Shown here in pieces: positions 27,642-40,661 of a stretch of 64,000 nt of DNA. The stretch's first letter is position 1, and each line of letters begins with the position of its first letter. This DNA is from Cyanophora paradoxa CCMP329. Taxonomy: Eukaryota; Plantae; Glaucophyta. The position numbers and the translations under genes were made by a program. The notes beneath the pieces were generated by a model. That model had not been told where the DNA came from. It made no database searches and worked only from the letters and a program-made list of their open reading frames with translations. The stretch lies in assembly GCA_004431415.1 (NCBI GenBank), contig QPMI01000602.1, positions 186,001 to 250,000 on the forward strand. Direction: 5' to 3'.

Positions 27642-28833
27642 TCACTTCCAGCCGTATTTCTTCTTCATTTGACGGGTGAACTGTATGAGTTTCCGCATGG
27701 CAGCTGAGCAAGAAGTGAATCGGTGTGGGGATAGGGTACAGAAGCTCAAGCACCATCCTCCTCCATGCCCTTCCACTTGTGCCAGGCGCTCCACTTCATT
27801 CGTGCAGCAACTTCAAAGACGCCAGGCGATGGAAGAATCTGCGTTGGAGGCATCAGAACTCAAGCTCAAGAACATCGGCATCTCTATTGTACTCACATTA
27901 TCGCCGTCACAACCCTGTTTGTCTGCAGAAAATATTAGATTGCATATGCGGAACTTGTTCACGGGACTCACAGAGACCATAGGATACTAATTTCTCGTCC
28001 ATACTCATTTTATTGACAAGAGCTTTCCCATCCTCTGCCTCCTTCAGAAATTCTGACAGAAGTTCGGGATCGGCCCGAGATATGGACGGTGCCCTTGGAG
28101 CTGCATGTTAAATGTTGAAGGTCAGAGAAGGACCGGGGGGGGGGGGGGGGGGGGGGGGGGGAGACTAGGTCGATATCCTAGTTATATTAGATTTCCGAGG
28201 GTCACAAACTCCACTGTCCCGATGCCCAATCGATGTCCAAAAAAGCGAACCCAAAGTGACTTTCCGATGCGGTGCCTTTGACTTGCGAGGGTATTTCTTG
28301 TACAAAGCATGCACAAATCTAATCTGAGCAAGCGACCTCAGAATCAATAACAAGCTCATCAGCAAAACTGCTCGCACCATCTCCTCCATCTTTTGACGGC
28401 TCTTCGTGGCCTGTACGTCGCGCTGAAGAGCGTAGAATGTCTGAACTTCAGCGTTGTGGCATTTCCACAAAACGAGCTTTCCTTGCTCGACAGCATCCGT
28501 GTAGCTGACCGTCAGCGGCTTCCCTTTCACGCTGAAGTCTTCTTCGGCTTCATCTTCGGGTACTGTGGAGTCGCATGCGCATCCGAAAGCGGAGAGCAGC
28601 GTGAAGAAAAGCGTGCCGTCCGACGGAATCTCGCCGCCGAAACTGCCCCGTCGGTTAGCGCCGGAAGGCGCCGGACTTCCGCTGAGCGCCGGCGCCGTAT
28701 CGTTGCCGGCGCTGCCCTGCCGGTTGTACTTCTGAGGCACTGGGCTTGCGGACGCAGGATCGCCGCCCACGCTGCCCCGTCGATTAGATGCATAGTCGCC
28801 AGCCACGCTGCCCCGCCGATTCGCATCCGCCAT
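27642..28833 (-). CDS. Hypothetical multi-exon protein with N-terminal RRGS repeats
   Basis: Starts MADANRRGSVAGD with NRRGS three times; probable end MRKLIQFTRQMKKKYGWK*. No family recognised. Confidence 0.55.
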
Positions 28834-29137
28834 CTGTCTCCAGCTCGGGGGACGCGTCCCTGGTGCGGCAGCTGTCAAACTAGAAGCCAGCCAGTGCGCG
28901 CCGGACGGTATCCGGACTCGGCAATGAACGTCGATGGCCTCTGTGAAAAAATGCCACGGTGCCGAGTCGACGTCGCGTCGGCAACCGAGCGAACGATCAG
29001 AGAGGCGCGCGCCGGGTCCAATCAGTGCGCCCGCTCGAGCTCCGCACCTGCGTTGCGCTCTCTGGCCGCCTGGTGAACAGGGCCCGCCTGCCACCACGGA
29101 CTCCGCCGCGGATTGAGCGGTTCATCTCATCCGTCAT

Positions 29138-29209
29138 GCCTTCGTAGCTCAGCGGCAGAGCGCGCGCTTCGTAAGCGTGAGGTCGCGAGTTCAAACCTCG
29201 CCGAGGGCT
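29138..29209 (+). tRNA. tRNA-Thr(CGT), second identical copy
   Basis: Same 72 nt as 25368-25439, followed by a T run. Confidence 0.95.
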
Positions 29210-29381
29210 TTTCCGCTTTAGGATCCCCGTTCGACTCCGCGCGGAGCCCGTTCTCGCCACCTCTCGAGCGCGCCCTGAGCAGCGCCGCTGGCCCGCTTTT
29301 TGCCTACCGCGCCGCTGTGGATGGTTGGGTCGCCTAGCTAGTTGAGTGAAATTACAGCGAGGCCTCCCGGGCTCGCACGCG

Positions 29382-30729
29382 ATGATCTCATTCAAGGACC
29401 TTGTCGGCGTCCACAAGAAGGTCGTGCGGTACGTATTAAACCGCGTGCGAACTCATCTGGCCCATCTTAGATCCCCCTCCCGCAGGTGCCTCGAATTTGC
29501 GCCCGGCGGCAAGCGTCTCGCCACTGGCAGCGCTGATGGCACCATCCGCCTGTGGGCTCTGGATCATAGCAAAGAGATAACGCTCACTGCACATGATGGC
29601 TCCGTCGACGCGCTCAGGCGCCCTGCAGCTGTTTCTGGCTTCGTAATCCGTACGCGCTTTCTTACACTCAGCAGATGGAACCCGGCGAACGGAGATATGT
29701 TCGCAAGCGTTTCTGGTATTGACAAGAACTTGAAACTATTTGACGCGCGAGCGGGCAAGTCGTCCTCCACGTTGCCCATGCAAACCGATCTACTGAATGT
29801 GTGATCTGTTGTGTGGCCGCGCCCTCGCGCGCGTTCCTGATGTATTGCGCAGCTAGGCTGGAGTTCGGACGGGGCGCTCATCGCTGTCGGGAACAGGGTG
29901 AGCCGCCAGCTATTGCATCCCTGGGCGTGCACATTCTGAGGCTCTCCAAGGACGATGTTGTTACGATCCTGGACGCCCGAAAGCTAAAACCCGTCAAGGT
30001 TATCAAGGCAGAGAACGAGGTTCTCTCTTCAGAGTAGTTGTATCTGAGCAATTTTGACTTGAACTTGCGGCAGGTCAACGAGATCAAGTGGAATAGGAAA
30101 GGGGATCTTTTCTTCATGACGAAGGGCACGTACATCGATGTGTACAAGAATCAAAGCTGGGAAAAACCAGTATCGTCATTGCAAGGCCATACTGGGCCTG
30201 TGTATTGCCTGGACTTCTCCCATGATGGGCGGTGTGCGAAATTGATGCATGTCGTCATTCAATGAGCAAACTAACTTTCTTTCTTTGGGGCAGTTATTTG
30301 GCATCCGGAGGCGCAGATGCCCTGGTCTGTATATGGGACCTAACTGAGGTCATTTGCCTGCGAACATATGGACGACCAGAGTGCGCTCTGACCTTCACTC
30401 TCTTGTACACATTGTGTTTTACTTCCTTCTTGCTTGGCGGCAGGAATCAGATCCGAAGTGTTAGCTTCTCACGAGATGGTCAGTTCCTTGCTGCTGCGGT
30501 GGAGGATGTTGGTGTGGACGTTGTTGCCGTCGAATCTATGAATGTTCTGCACCAGTACCGGACATCAGCGGATGCAGTGGCATGGAGCCCAGCAGATCCG
30601 ATATTAGCCATTGCGAGCAGCGAACGGGATAAATACAATAACGATGGTGCGCCTTTGGTGCCAGCGTTGCAATGTCAGGTCTGACCTGACGCAATTACAG
30701 GTGTCGTCAAACTTCTGAAGGTTGCTTAG
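29382..30729 (+). CDS. THOC3: THO complex subunit 3 / TEX1, WD40 protein, multi-exon
   Basis: GKRLATGSADGT, HDGSVDALRWNP, IAVGNRDDVVTILDAR, EVNEIKWN, YLASGGADALVCIWDLTEVICLRT. Confidence 0.85.
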
Positions 30730-31067
30730 CCTTCGCTGCCAGTCGCATCAAGACTTCGAGAGCCAGCTGCAGCTGCAGGGGCCGGCGCGCACCGGCCCTG
30801 GTTGCGCCGTCAGATCGAACTTTGTGAAATCAAAGATCAAAAAGGTTTAATCAGAGCGAAACAAATGCTTGTGCCTAAGTTTAAACACGGTACCGGTCTT
30901 CAACAGGAGGCCACTTGCAGTTTTAGACGCGGCGGCCACAGCCATCTCTCTCGGCGAATCTCTTGCATCATAGCGAATCTCTTGCATCATATTCAAACGC
31001 TGCGAGCCCAAACGGGCCCCTTCCTACCTGTCTATGCTAATGTACATCCTACTATATGCACAAATGC

Positions 31068-32198
31068 TCATGCCGCTTCGTTCTCCTCAATCTTGGGGGC
31101 CAAGAAATACTGAATGTGGCCCAGATTCTCAATCTTGTACTCGATGCAAACTGGAACGTCGGGGGAGAGCTTGATGTACACAGAGCTCGAAAGGCTTGTT
31201 GCCTGACAAAAACAATCGAACACAGATAAGAATATTCGGAAGCCAAAGTCGCACCTTGGTGAAGTTGTTCAGGTACTTGAGGGCGAAAGAAAGCGTCACG
31301 GGCTCTTGCAGGTCAATCGACACTTGCTCCTCCGGCTTCTTGTCCGAAGCCGACGACTGTACTCATGTAAGGTACTGAACTGCACTTGCAACACGACCAC
31401 TGCACCTGGCGGAGCACGACTTGGCCAGTGCCGACGTCGCCCGAAACCGAGAATTTGATGCCATCCTTCGTCACCGCTTCGCAGAAGGACTCAGCATGCG
31501 CGTCGATCCCTGAATTGCAGGTACGTACCCATGGTGACTGCATCGCCAAAGGAGGAGAGGTCCTTGCACACTCGCTGGAACTCAGACGCGGGCATCTTCA
31601 CGGTCGCGGCGTACTGCGTCTCTGGAATCCCAAGGTGCTGCGCGGCACAGATTCGGCGATTGATCGTCCAGACGTGAGCGCGCAGCCCACCTCGACGTCG
31701 ATGTCCATCAGCTTCATCTCGAACTCCGAAATCTTGTCTGTCTCGCTGTTCTCGAACACCAGACAAATCGTGTCCGTATCATCCTCGGCTTTCAGAGTGA
31801 GCTTGTCGTCGTTGCCAGCGCACTTGATGATCGAGGACAGGTTCTTGAGGTTCATGCCAAACGAGCGCCCGCGGTCGCAGCGGAAGTGGTCGAATCCCTA
31901 CCGGCGAACGCGTTTGAGCGGCATGCGCTTTACGCGCGGTCCTCGGCTAACTGCGGGCACCTCGGCCTTGAGCAGCAGAGAGACGAGCGAAACGTGGCTG
32001 CTGTCCATCGCCTGCAGCGAGATGCCTGTGCTCGCGGCATCGAACGACCCATCGGTGATGAGCTCCTTGATGGCGTCAAGGATCTGCGTGGGACGGGCGC
32101 GTGCCGGGCGTCGGTCTCGCGGCGTGCCGTCAGCGCGCGTCGGGAGGTAGGCGTACCTTCTTGAAAATCGCTGCCTGGCTGAGGTGCGCCTCAAACAT
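31068..32198 (-). CDS. PCNA: Proliferating cell nuclear antigen, multi-exon
   Basis: [57 protein letters not shown]. Confidence 0.97.
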
Positions 32199-32422
32199 CT
32201 TGGTAACACGCTGAGTTGGAGCTGCTGATGGTAGTTCGAATTTGAACTGTGGCGCGAACTGGGGGTACGTGAGATAAAGGCATTTACGTACCCCGACGAG
32301 AGCCCATCTGCGCCCAGAAGAGACCAGAAAGAGGCTGAGAAAACACATCCACCCAGGCGTAGCCGCCGCAGAGTATCTCCGTGTCTCGCAGGACACCCAG
32401 CCTCCGCCGATCAACGCGCGGG

Positions 32423-32865
32423 ATGGTGTGCGACAAGTGCCAGAAGAACCTAACGAAGGTGGTTACGCCGGAAGTGTGGAGTGCGTGTAGCCTCCTCGCC
32501 GCCACGAGTCCACTTGAACTCAATCGCTCCCCTTCCGCAGAGGCCGGCGCGGGCAAGGCGCCGGCGCCCGGAAAGACGAATGCCGTGCGCCGTCCCCTAC
32601 TCGCGCGCTCGCGGGGCTCTTGTGAGCTGTGCGCCTCTGCAGGCCCTCACGAAGCGCTACATGCCCTACGGAACGCAGCGCTGCACTGTCTGCAGAAGTC
32701 AGCTTCATCAACCAGGTGCGAACTGAGGTCCGCTTCAGCTTTCAGGCGCGCCTCAGCCACCCGGCAGGAAAGTACTGCAACGGATGCGCTTACAAGAAGG
32801 GCGTGTGCTCCATGTGCGGCGTGAAGGTCCTAGACGTGAGTTACTACAAGCAGTCGACGCGATAG
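32423..32865 (+). CDS. CRIPT: Cysteine-rich PDZ-binding protein, multi-exon
   Basis: MVCDKCQKNLTKVVTPEVW...CTVCRSQLHQPGKYCNGCAYKKGVCSMCGVKVLDVSYYKQS. Confidence 0.93.
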
Positions 32866-33221
32866 CTCCGGGAGCATCCAGCCACACTTCCTGGGTATCC
32901 GGACCCTCCTCCTCCAGGGGGAGCCTCCAGGTCGCACCCTCCTTCGGCTTGCATTCCCCTCCTGCCTTCGGCCATTGTACAGTCAGTCGCCCGCCCGCCT
33001 TCTGTCGAAGGCCCACCCCACCCCCCTCAGCAAGGAAACGACTTTCGAATCCACAATTCGATTTTCTGTACTCTACACTCGAAAGGGATGTAAGCTGCTG
33101 CTGGCATTCACCGGAGGCATCGCAGCATGGGTCGGAGGGGGGGGCGCAGGGTCATTCTGAGAGAGGAAAGGGGCTGGGGCGGGCGTGGGGGTGGGCTGTA
33201 GGGAAGCGCGGCCGCGGCCGC

Positions 33222-36200
33222 TTATGTCTTGAACTTGGCAAGGCGCTTGACGATTTCGTCGAAGGTTGGCCGGGCCGCCGGGTTGGTCGCCCAGCAGTCC
33301 TTGATCAAATCGCGGTACGCCGGATCGCAGTTGCTCGGGATCTTGGGCCGCAGGCCCTGGTACGCTGCACGCCCGAGCGGTGAGGCGGGCGGCGGGGCGG
33401 GCGGCGGGCGGGCCGCACCGATCTTCATGGCGGCGGTCATGGGGTGCATGTCGCCGTAGGGCTCCTTGTGTGTGATGAGCTCCCAGAGGACGATGCCTGC
33501 GGCGCGCGTCACGGGCGACCCCCGACGGCCCCGCGCCCCCGGCGCCCCCGCGCACCGTACGAGTAGATGTCGGCCTTCTCGTTGTAGCGCTCGCCCTTGA
33601 GCACCTGCAGGCCAGGTCAAGTCCGGGCGGGGGGCGGGGCAGGGGGCGGGGCGGGGCGGGGCGGCGCGCCTCGGGGGCCATGTACTTGGGGGTGCCGCAC
33701 TGCGTCATGGTGGTGGAGTGGGACTTGACGCGCGCGAGGCCGAAGTCGGCGATCTTGATGGTGAGGTCCTCCGTCGCCAGCAGGTTCTCCGACTTGAGGT
33801 CACGGTGCACGACGGCGGGGTTCTGCGAGTGCAGGTAGGCCATCCCCTGCGCGATGTCCGCCGCCATCTTGATCAGGTTCTTCCACTCGATAGACTTGCC
33901 CATCTGCTGGAGGACGGTGCGGAGGGAGCCCTTGGAGACGAACTCGGTGACGATGCAGAGGTTCGGGGGCGTGAGGCAGGCCCCCACGAAGCGGACGACG
34001 TTGATGTGCGAGAGCTTGCTCTGCATCTCGACCTCGTTCCGGAAGTCCAGCATGTCCTCCTTCGTCATGTGCTGCGAGAGCAGCTTCTTGATGGCCACCT
34101 CCTCGCCCTTGTACGTCCCCCGGAAGACCTCGCCGAAGCCGCCCACGCCGACCCGCTTCTCCAGCACCAGCTCGTTGAAGTCCACCGTCCACGGCCCCAG
34201 GTTCGGGATCGAGATGGGGTCCATGGGCGCCTGCGTCGCCTCCGCCCCCTGCAGGTTCTGCAGCGCCCGCCCCGCCTCGCACTGCACCATCACGTTCCCG
34301 CAGCGGTTCAGCTCCTTCAGGAGGTCGAGCCCCACGTGCTGCACCACCATCTCCTTGTTTTGCGCTGCGCCCCCGCCCCCGCCCCCGCCCCCCGTCGGTC
34401 CCGGCACGCGGCGATGGCGACGCCGGGGCGTGGGAGGGGTCGGGCGCACGCTTCTGGGCGAGGTTGGCGATGGCCCAGGTGGCGCAGAGCTTCACCTCGT
34501 CGTCCGCGACGCTCGCGAGCGCCTTGAGCGCCTGCAGCACCTCCTGCCGGCACATCTTCACGTTGTTCGCGTCTGCCGGGAGGGCGCCGCCCCGTGCGCA
34601 TCAGCGGGGGCCGGTGGCCGGCGTGGAGCGGGGCACTGGCGCACCGTCGTTGGCGCATTGGCCGAGGATGGAGGCGACGTATCGCTGGATCTCCGCGCTC
34701 TTCGTGTTCAGCACGAGCTGCGAGAGCGGCAGCAGGCCCCCCTTCTCGATGATCTTCGGCTTGTTCTTGTCTGCAGGCACGGGTGGGTGAGCGACCGGGG
34801 CCGGCGGCAGGGCGGCGAAGAGGGCGGCGGGCGGCGGACCATGGGCGGCGAGGAGGGAGAGGGCGCGGCAGGCGTGGGCGTGGGTCTCGGGGACGCGGCT
34901 CTTCACGAGGTTGATGAGCGCCTCGATGCCGTTCTCGTCCACGATCACCGCGTGGTTCTCCTCTGCGCGGGCCCGCGTGAGGCGCCCCGCCGCAGTGGCA
35001 CGGGCCGGGCCGAGCCGGGGAGGCGGACCGCTGGACGCCAGGTTGGCGAGCGCGGCGGCGGCGGGCCCGAGGGCCTGCGGCTCGCCGCTGCCGATGAGGG
35101 CGATGAGGACCTTCAGGCCGCCCTCCTTGATGATCTTCGCCTGATCGGGCGCTGCCGGCCGGGACCCCTCGGCGGCCTGGAGAGGGGGGAGAGAAGCGAG
35201 GGCGCGTACCCCCCGAGGCCGTAAGGTTCGCTAGTGCGACGGCCGCCAGGTACCGGATGTCGCGGTTGCCGTTGGCTCCCAGCGTGATCAGCGGGCTCAG
35301 GCCGCCGCCGTCGACGATCTTGCCCTGGTTCTCGGCTGCGGGGCGCGCGAGGAGTCAGCGCCGGGGCGCGAGCTGCGGGGCGCGGGGCGCAGCGAGGGGC
35401 GCACGATTGGTCGAGACGCGGGCGAGGGCGAGAGCGGCACACAGCTGCGCCTCCGCATCGTCGCTCTTGGCAAAGTTAATGAGCGCCGCGAGCCCGCCGT
35501 TCTCCACGAGCTTGGTCTTGCACTCCTCTGGGCCGGGGGTGAGCGGCGCCTAGAGGGGTCCCGCGCAGCGCGCGGTGCTCACCGTACGCCGCAAGGTTGG
35601 CGATGTTAACTGCACCGCAGTGGCGGACCTGGGGGTCTTCCGAGCTCGCGAGGAAGATCGCAAGTGTGGGCATGTCGCTCGCGAGTGCTGCCGCCTTGTT
35701 CTGGTCTGCTCAAGGGAGCACGTCAGCGCGCGGGAGCGGCGGGCTGGCCGGCATCTATCGAAGACATGCCGTTCGAGACACAAGCAGTGATGGCCCGAGC
35801 GGCCTGCTTCTTGACCTCCAGGTTCGACGACCGCGCAAGAGTGCACAGCACCGGCAGGCCGCCCTCCTCTACGATCTTGACCTGGCTAGCTTTGCCTACA
35901 AGCGAAGAATGCGTAAGAGAGGAAAGAAAGCGAGAGCGGAGATCTCCAGCGCACTGTTTGCAGAGAGAACGGAGAGGGTGCTGGCGGAGCCAAGCTGCAA
36001 ATCGGGGTTGTCCGACTTCGCGATAGCGATGATTCGAGAGAGACCGCCGTGATTCACAATCTCGGCATTGTGCTCGGCTGTGGGTCGCTCATGTCAAGAA
36101 GGCACTTTGGCCGTTCGCGGAGGGGGGGAGCGTGCGCACGTTTTTGCGCGAGCATCATAAGAGCAGCTAAACCCGCGCGCTGAACCTGGACGTCGGTGGT

Positions 36201-36695
36201 CGCCAGCAAGGCAAGCATCGCCTTCAGCCCTCCGTCCTTCACTAGGATGGCCTGATTCTCGGCTGCATAGCTTGTCAAGCGCGAACAAACACACGTGCTC
36301 CGTACATGACAATGAACGAACCATTTGTGGCCAGCTGCGCGAAGCAAGCTGCAGTGCTTCGCTGAACCTCAACGTCTGCAGACCCGGCAAGGGCGACCAA
36401 AGTAGGGAGCCCGCCCTCCTTTAGAATCTTCACCCTTGTCGCATCTACGACAACTTCGAACACTTGCGAAAGATGATGGGGCGCGATGGCCACGCACCGT
36501 TCATGGAGCTGAGCTGCAGCAATGCGCGGGCAGACTGCCGCTGCGCATCGGGCGATGAACTCGCCGCTGCCTGAAAGATCTGCTTCAAATCGATTTCACC
36601 CGCTGCGCCGTTCGTTCCGGGCGAGTGAGCAGAAGGAAAGGAGCCAGCACAGCAGCCCGGCAGGCCCAGGAGGACGCACGTTGGGCGGCCGCCAT
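33222..36695 (-). CDS. Armadillo-repeat + TKL (Raf-like) protein kinase, multi-exon
   Basis: Repeated KIxxxGGLxxLxxL ARM units, then GVGGFG, VAIKKL, HRDLKSENLL, DFGLAR, GTPKYMAPE. Confidence 0.9.
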
Positions 36696-36957
36696 GGTTC
36701 TTATACTGTCTACGACACACTCCGCGCTGCTACCTTCCCCTGCTAGCGAGGTTTTGAGTGGGGGCGAGGTCAAGGAGCGATGGCGTGTAGACTTACGCGG
36801 TTCAAGTCGTCAGTAGCTTGTACAGCGCAGTAATGCGCCTCGGGCTGCGATCGCCTCGTGCTGTAATCGCTGACGGGGCAGGCAATAACCCTGTACCCAG
36901 ATCAAGAGCTGGCTGCTGTCAGAGCTGAAACTCGAGTTGCCGCCTCCCGCACACGCG

Positions 36958-39900
36958 ATGGACAAGCTACGAGCGCAGAAAGTTCTGCGCTGGACAAGGG
37001 AGGGTAAGATATCACATTACGAGTGCGCCGCCGCCGCCTGCGTCGCGCTCCGCACTCGAGCTCACGCCGGCGCCAGCTACGACACTTTGCTAACCTACGG
37101 ATTCCTCGCCTCGGGGCGCGGATCGGCGCTGAAGAAATCGCAAGTGCGTTTTTTAGGATTCCGAGTTCATTGCTGCGGCGCCGCGGCGCAGCAGACGAAT
37201 GCTAACCTTAATGGAGCACTTTGCTGAGCTTAATGCGATGGCTGTTAATGCGCTGGTTGCAGCTCGCGCTCTCGGCCCCGCGTTTTCCTAAATGCGCTGG
37301 GTGCAATTCGGCCTCCAGGCACTGTCCATCCTCGTCGTATGCGGGCTTGCTACGATCTGCGCGTACTGGACCTGCCGAGATGCAACTGCAAACCCCGACC
37401 ACTTCGACCCGTGGAAGGTGCGATTACACCATGCCAGCCGTCTGTGCTCGACTCTCCTAGGCAGATGCGAACTTGGAAAAACGTCTGTTTCGCCGTCATC
37501 GACAAAGACTCGGCTCTCACGATCTCGCGAGTCTTCCCCGCCCGCAGTTTAATTTTTGGCGTCGCTCATCTACCGTAGCGCGCTCGTCTCTTTCCTGCTC
37601 GGGTTGTTCGTGTCCCTCACCTTCGGGCGTTGGTGGACTATGCGCTCCAACGTGCGCCCCCCCCCCGCCCCGCGCCTCAGCCCGAAGCGACCGGCGGGCG
37701 CCGGCAGATCGGGGTCGTCTCGGGGCGCGTGGTGAACATCTCCATGCTGGCGCGCTCGTCGCTGCGCTCGGACGACCCCCGCGGCCTCCACGCCCGCGCG
37801 GACCTCGTCCGCCTCGCGAACGCCGTGCGCCCCGCCCCCGTCGACCGCTCTCGGCTCGAGCCTCCTCCGACGCCCTGCCCCCCCCTCAGATGCTCAGGTG
37901 CGCTTCCTGCTTCCGCCTCCCTCCGCCACCTCTTGAGGGGATAGGGCGCGCCCCCCCGCGACCCCGACAGCCTCGTCTGCACCCAGGCGGCTCAGGACGA
38001 CCGTTCGCCCGCCCTGCGCCCCCCTCGTGCCTCGTCTGCCCTCTCGCACGCAGGGTGCGAGGGCCTGGTGCGGAGCGGGGTCCTGCGGCGCGACGAGTGG
38101 GAGTTCCTCGAGCCGCTCCCCAGCCGATACAGTGCGCGCGCGGCGGCCTCCTCGCTCCTGCAACCGCGCCCCGCCCCGCCCCGCCTCACCTTCGAATTCT
38201 CGTCAGTCATGGTCGCCGCCTGGCTGATCGACGTGACCCAGGCGAGTCGGGCGCTGGCCCCTGTCCCTCGGCGCCACGGCTGCGGCTGATGCGCCCCGCG
38301 CAGGCGGCGGCAGAGGCGAAGCTCTTCCGGCCAGACGCCGGCCCCGGGACCATCATCGGTGCGTGCGCGCCTGCGCTCCCGCCGACCCTCGGCCCTCCCG
38401 CCCCGGCCCCCAGCGGGGGGGCGGCAGACAATGTGCTGGCGGCGCGGGGGGCGGTACATTTTTAAATGAACTTGCAATTCGCAAAGTACCAATATGTGCA
38501 GGCCGCCGACGTCTTTATGCACCTCTCAACTCAGATCCCGTCCGCGCGCCCCGCAGGCGCCGCGCACCTGCCCACCTCCCCCCCTTCCGCCCTCGCAGGT
38601 TCCCCTACGTGCAGATGCTGGTCCTGCTCTCCCGCGTGCGCGCCGCGCCGCCCCGCCCGGGCCCCCGCCGCTAGTTATACCTGCTGATCTTTTTAAATAT
38701 GTTTTATTCATTTCTTAACTACTTTCAATACTACGTGGCTCTTTATTTTTGATAGTCTTCCAGATCCACCTGCTCTTCGTCTTCGGCTTCTCGTACAGCC
38801 TCATCTCCGCCGGAATCGCCGCCCAGTTGCCCCCGCCGCGGCCCTCCCCCCTTTCTCCCCCCCTCTCACGCCCCGCAGGTCCGCCTTCAAGATAGCCTTC
38901 GGTTACGGTGCCCCTCCCACGCCCCACCGGTGCCTTGTACCCCCGGCGGAATCTCACTCCCCCTCAGTCGTCCTTGTCGCAAATATGCTCCTCTATAACG
39001 GTAAGTCGCGCCCCCGTGAAGGGCTCTCGCCGGGCCTGCAACCCCCGCAGGCCTGCTCCAGATCCACGGCGAGCTCTCTAACCCCTTTGGCGCGCTGTAC
39101 CCCCCTCCCGCCCTCCCTTGCCCCGCGAGCTCTGGCAGCGCAAGTGCGAGGCACGTGCTCGCAGGGCGCGGGGCGACGGCGTTCCCCTCGCAGCAGTACC
39201 AGGACGCCACCGTGCGCCGCAGCTCGCCGCGGCTGGAAGCGCGCCGCGCCACCGGCCCTTACGCCGGCGCAGTCCTGCGTCTCGCGGGCCGCCGCGTACC
39301 TGCTGCCGCCCCCGCCCTCCCTCTCCGCCTGGGGCCGCCCCCTCGAGCCCGGCAAGCTCGAGCTCGCCGGGGCCGACCTCGACGTGCCCCCGCCCCCCGA
39401 CTCGGACGCCAGCCTCGGTGCCTCCGACTCCGAGGATGGGTGCGCGGCATCCAACGCCGCCTCAAGCGTGGAGCGCCTGAGAGGGCCGTGCAGGTCCTCG
39501 GCGCTGGCGGTCGGGCCCTCCGGCTCCGCGCCGGCCTCGCCCTCGCTCCCCCGCTCGAGCTCCGCACGTGGCGCGCCGGCTCCCTCCCCGCCCCGCAGCG
39601 CGCCCCGAGCCCGAGGCCGGCGCCCGCCACGCGCGCGTCGCTGCCCGCCGCGCCGGGCACGCCATCGAGGTTCCCCGGCCCGCGCGCGACGACTCGGCCT
39701 TCCCTCGGCTGCCCGCCTTGCATTCCTTATTCTCTCCCTCGCCCGCAGGTGGTCGACGCCCCGCAAAAGGGCGCGCGCCGTCGCGAGGCGAGCGCACCCG
39801 CCCCGCGCCGGCCGCCCGCTCGAGCTCGGCGGGGCGGCAAGCCGCGCGCCCGCCCACCGTGCGTCCTCGCGGGGGGCCCGCCGCGGGCGGGGCCCCTGAC

Positions 39901-40023
39901 GGGGCGCATGCACAGGCGGTGGTGGAGGCGGCCCCGCGGGGCTCCCTCGCCCTCGCCGGGCGCCTCTCCGTCGGCGTCGGCTCCGCCCTCTTCACCTCCT
40001 TCCCCGCCCGCGACGCCCTCTGA
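36958..40023 (+). CDS. Multi-pass membrane protein (possibly DUF2157-like N-terminus), multi-exon
   Basis: MDKLRAQKVLRWTREGKIS followed by several hydrophobic exons such as FILIVFQIHLLFVFGFSYSLISAGIAA. Gene model weak. Confidence 0.45.
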
Positions 40024-40661
40024 CCCCCGCGCCACCGGCCCCCCGCCCCCCCGCCCGCCGGCCCGGCTCGCGGATCGAGGCTTGGCGATTACATCATTCA
40101 CACTGAGTCAAAACAAAGCCGCGGCCGATGGCCGTCACTGTGCTGATGTAGCCTCCCGGGGAGCTCGAGTACTAGTCCTAGTCCGGGGCAGGCTCAGCGG
40201 CTCGGCCCTATATAATTTAATGATTTAGCAGGCCCATGGCCAGTGGCCATGGCCATGGAAGCCTGATTATTTAATTAGTGATCATGATCTGGTTTCTAGA
40301 GTTCAATCATTAAATCATGATCAAGTTCAAGTTTCTGGGCCCTGCAGCTGCGCATGCCCGCTGTAGGGCCTGCCGTAGTACCGTAGTACCCCGGGCTCCC
40401 GGAGTCCGGGATCCGATTATAATTAATATTGGAACTGAGAGATCGGATGATCTTAAACCGCATGATCCGCATCAATACCGGAGCCCTGCCTCGGAGCTCC
40501 ATGCCATTTTTTAAGCCTTTTTTTGAAGTTAGGGTAATCGGTAATCGAGCTCACTCAGTGACTGTCAACTTGGCAACAACTACATATTGGACACATATTC
40601 ACTGCGGTGCTGGTACACTATGCCTATCACTGAGTCACTTCGCTCACTGCACTGCTGTGCT

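Noticed and set aside
28135-28161. Poly-G run as a functional G-quadruplex
   Set aside because: Probably an intronic homopolymer of uncertain length, with no other support.
31068-32198. PCNA as part of the viral replication module
   Set aside because: Intron-containing, host-like composition, and 8 kb outside the element.
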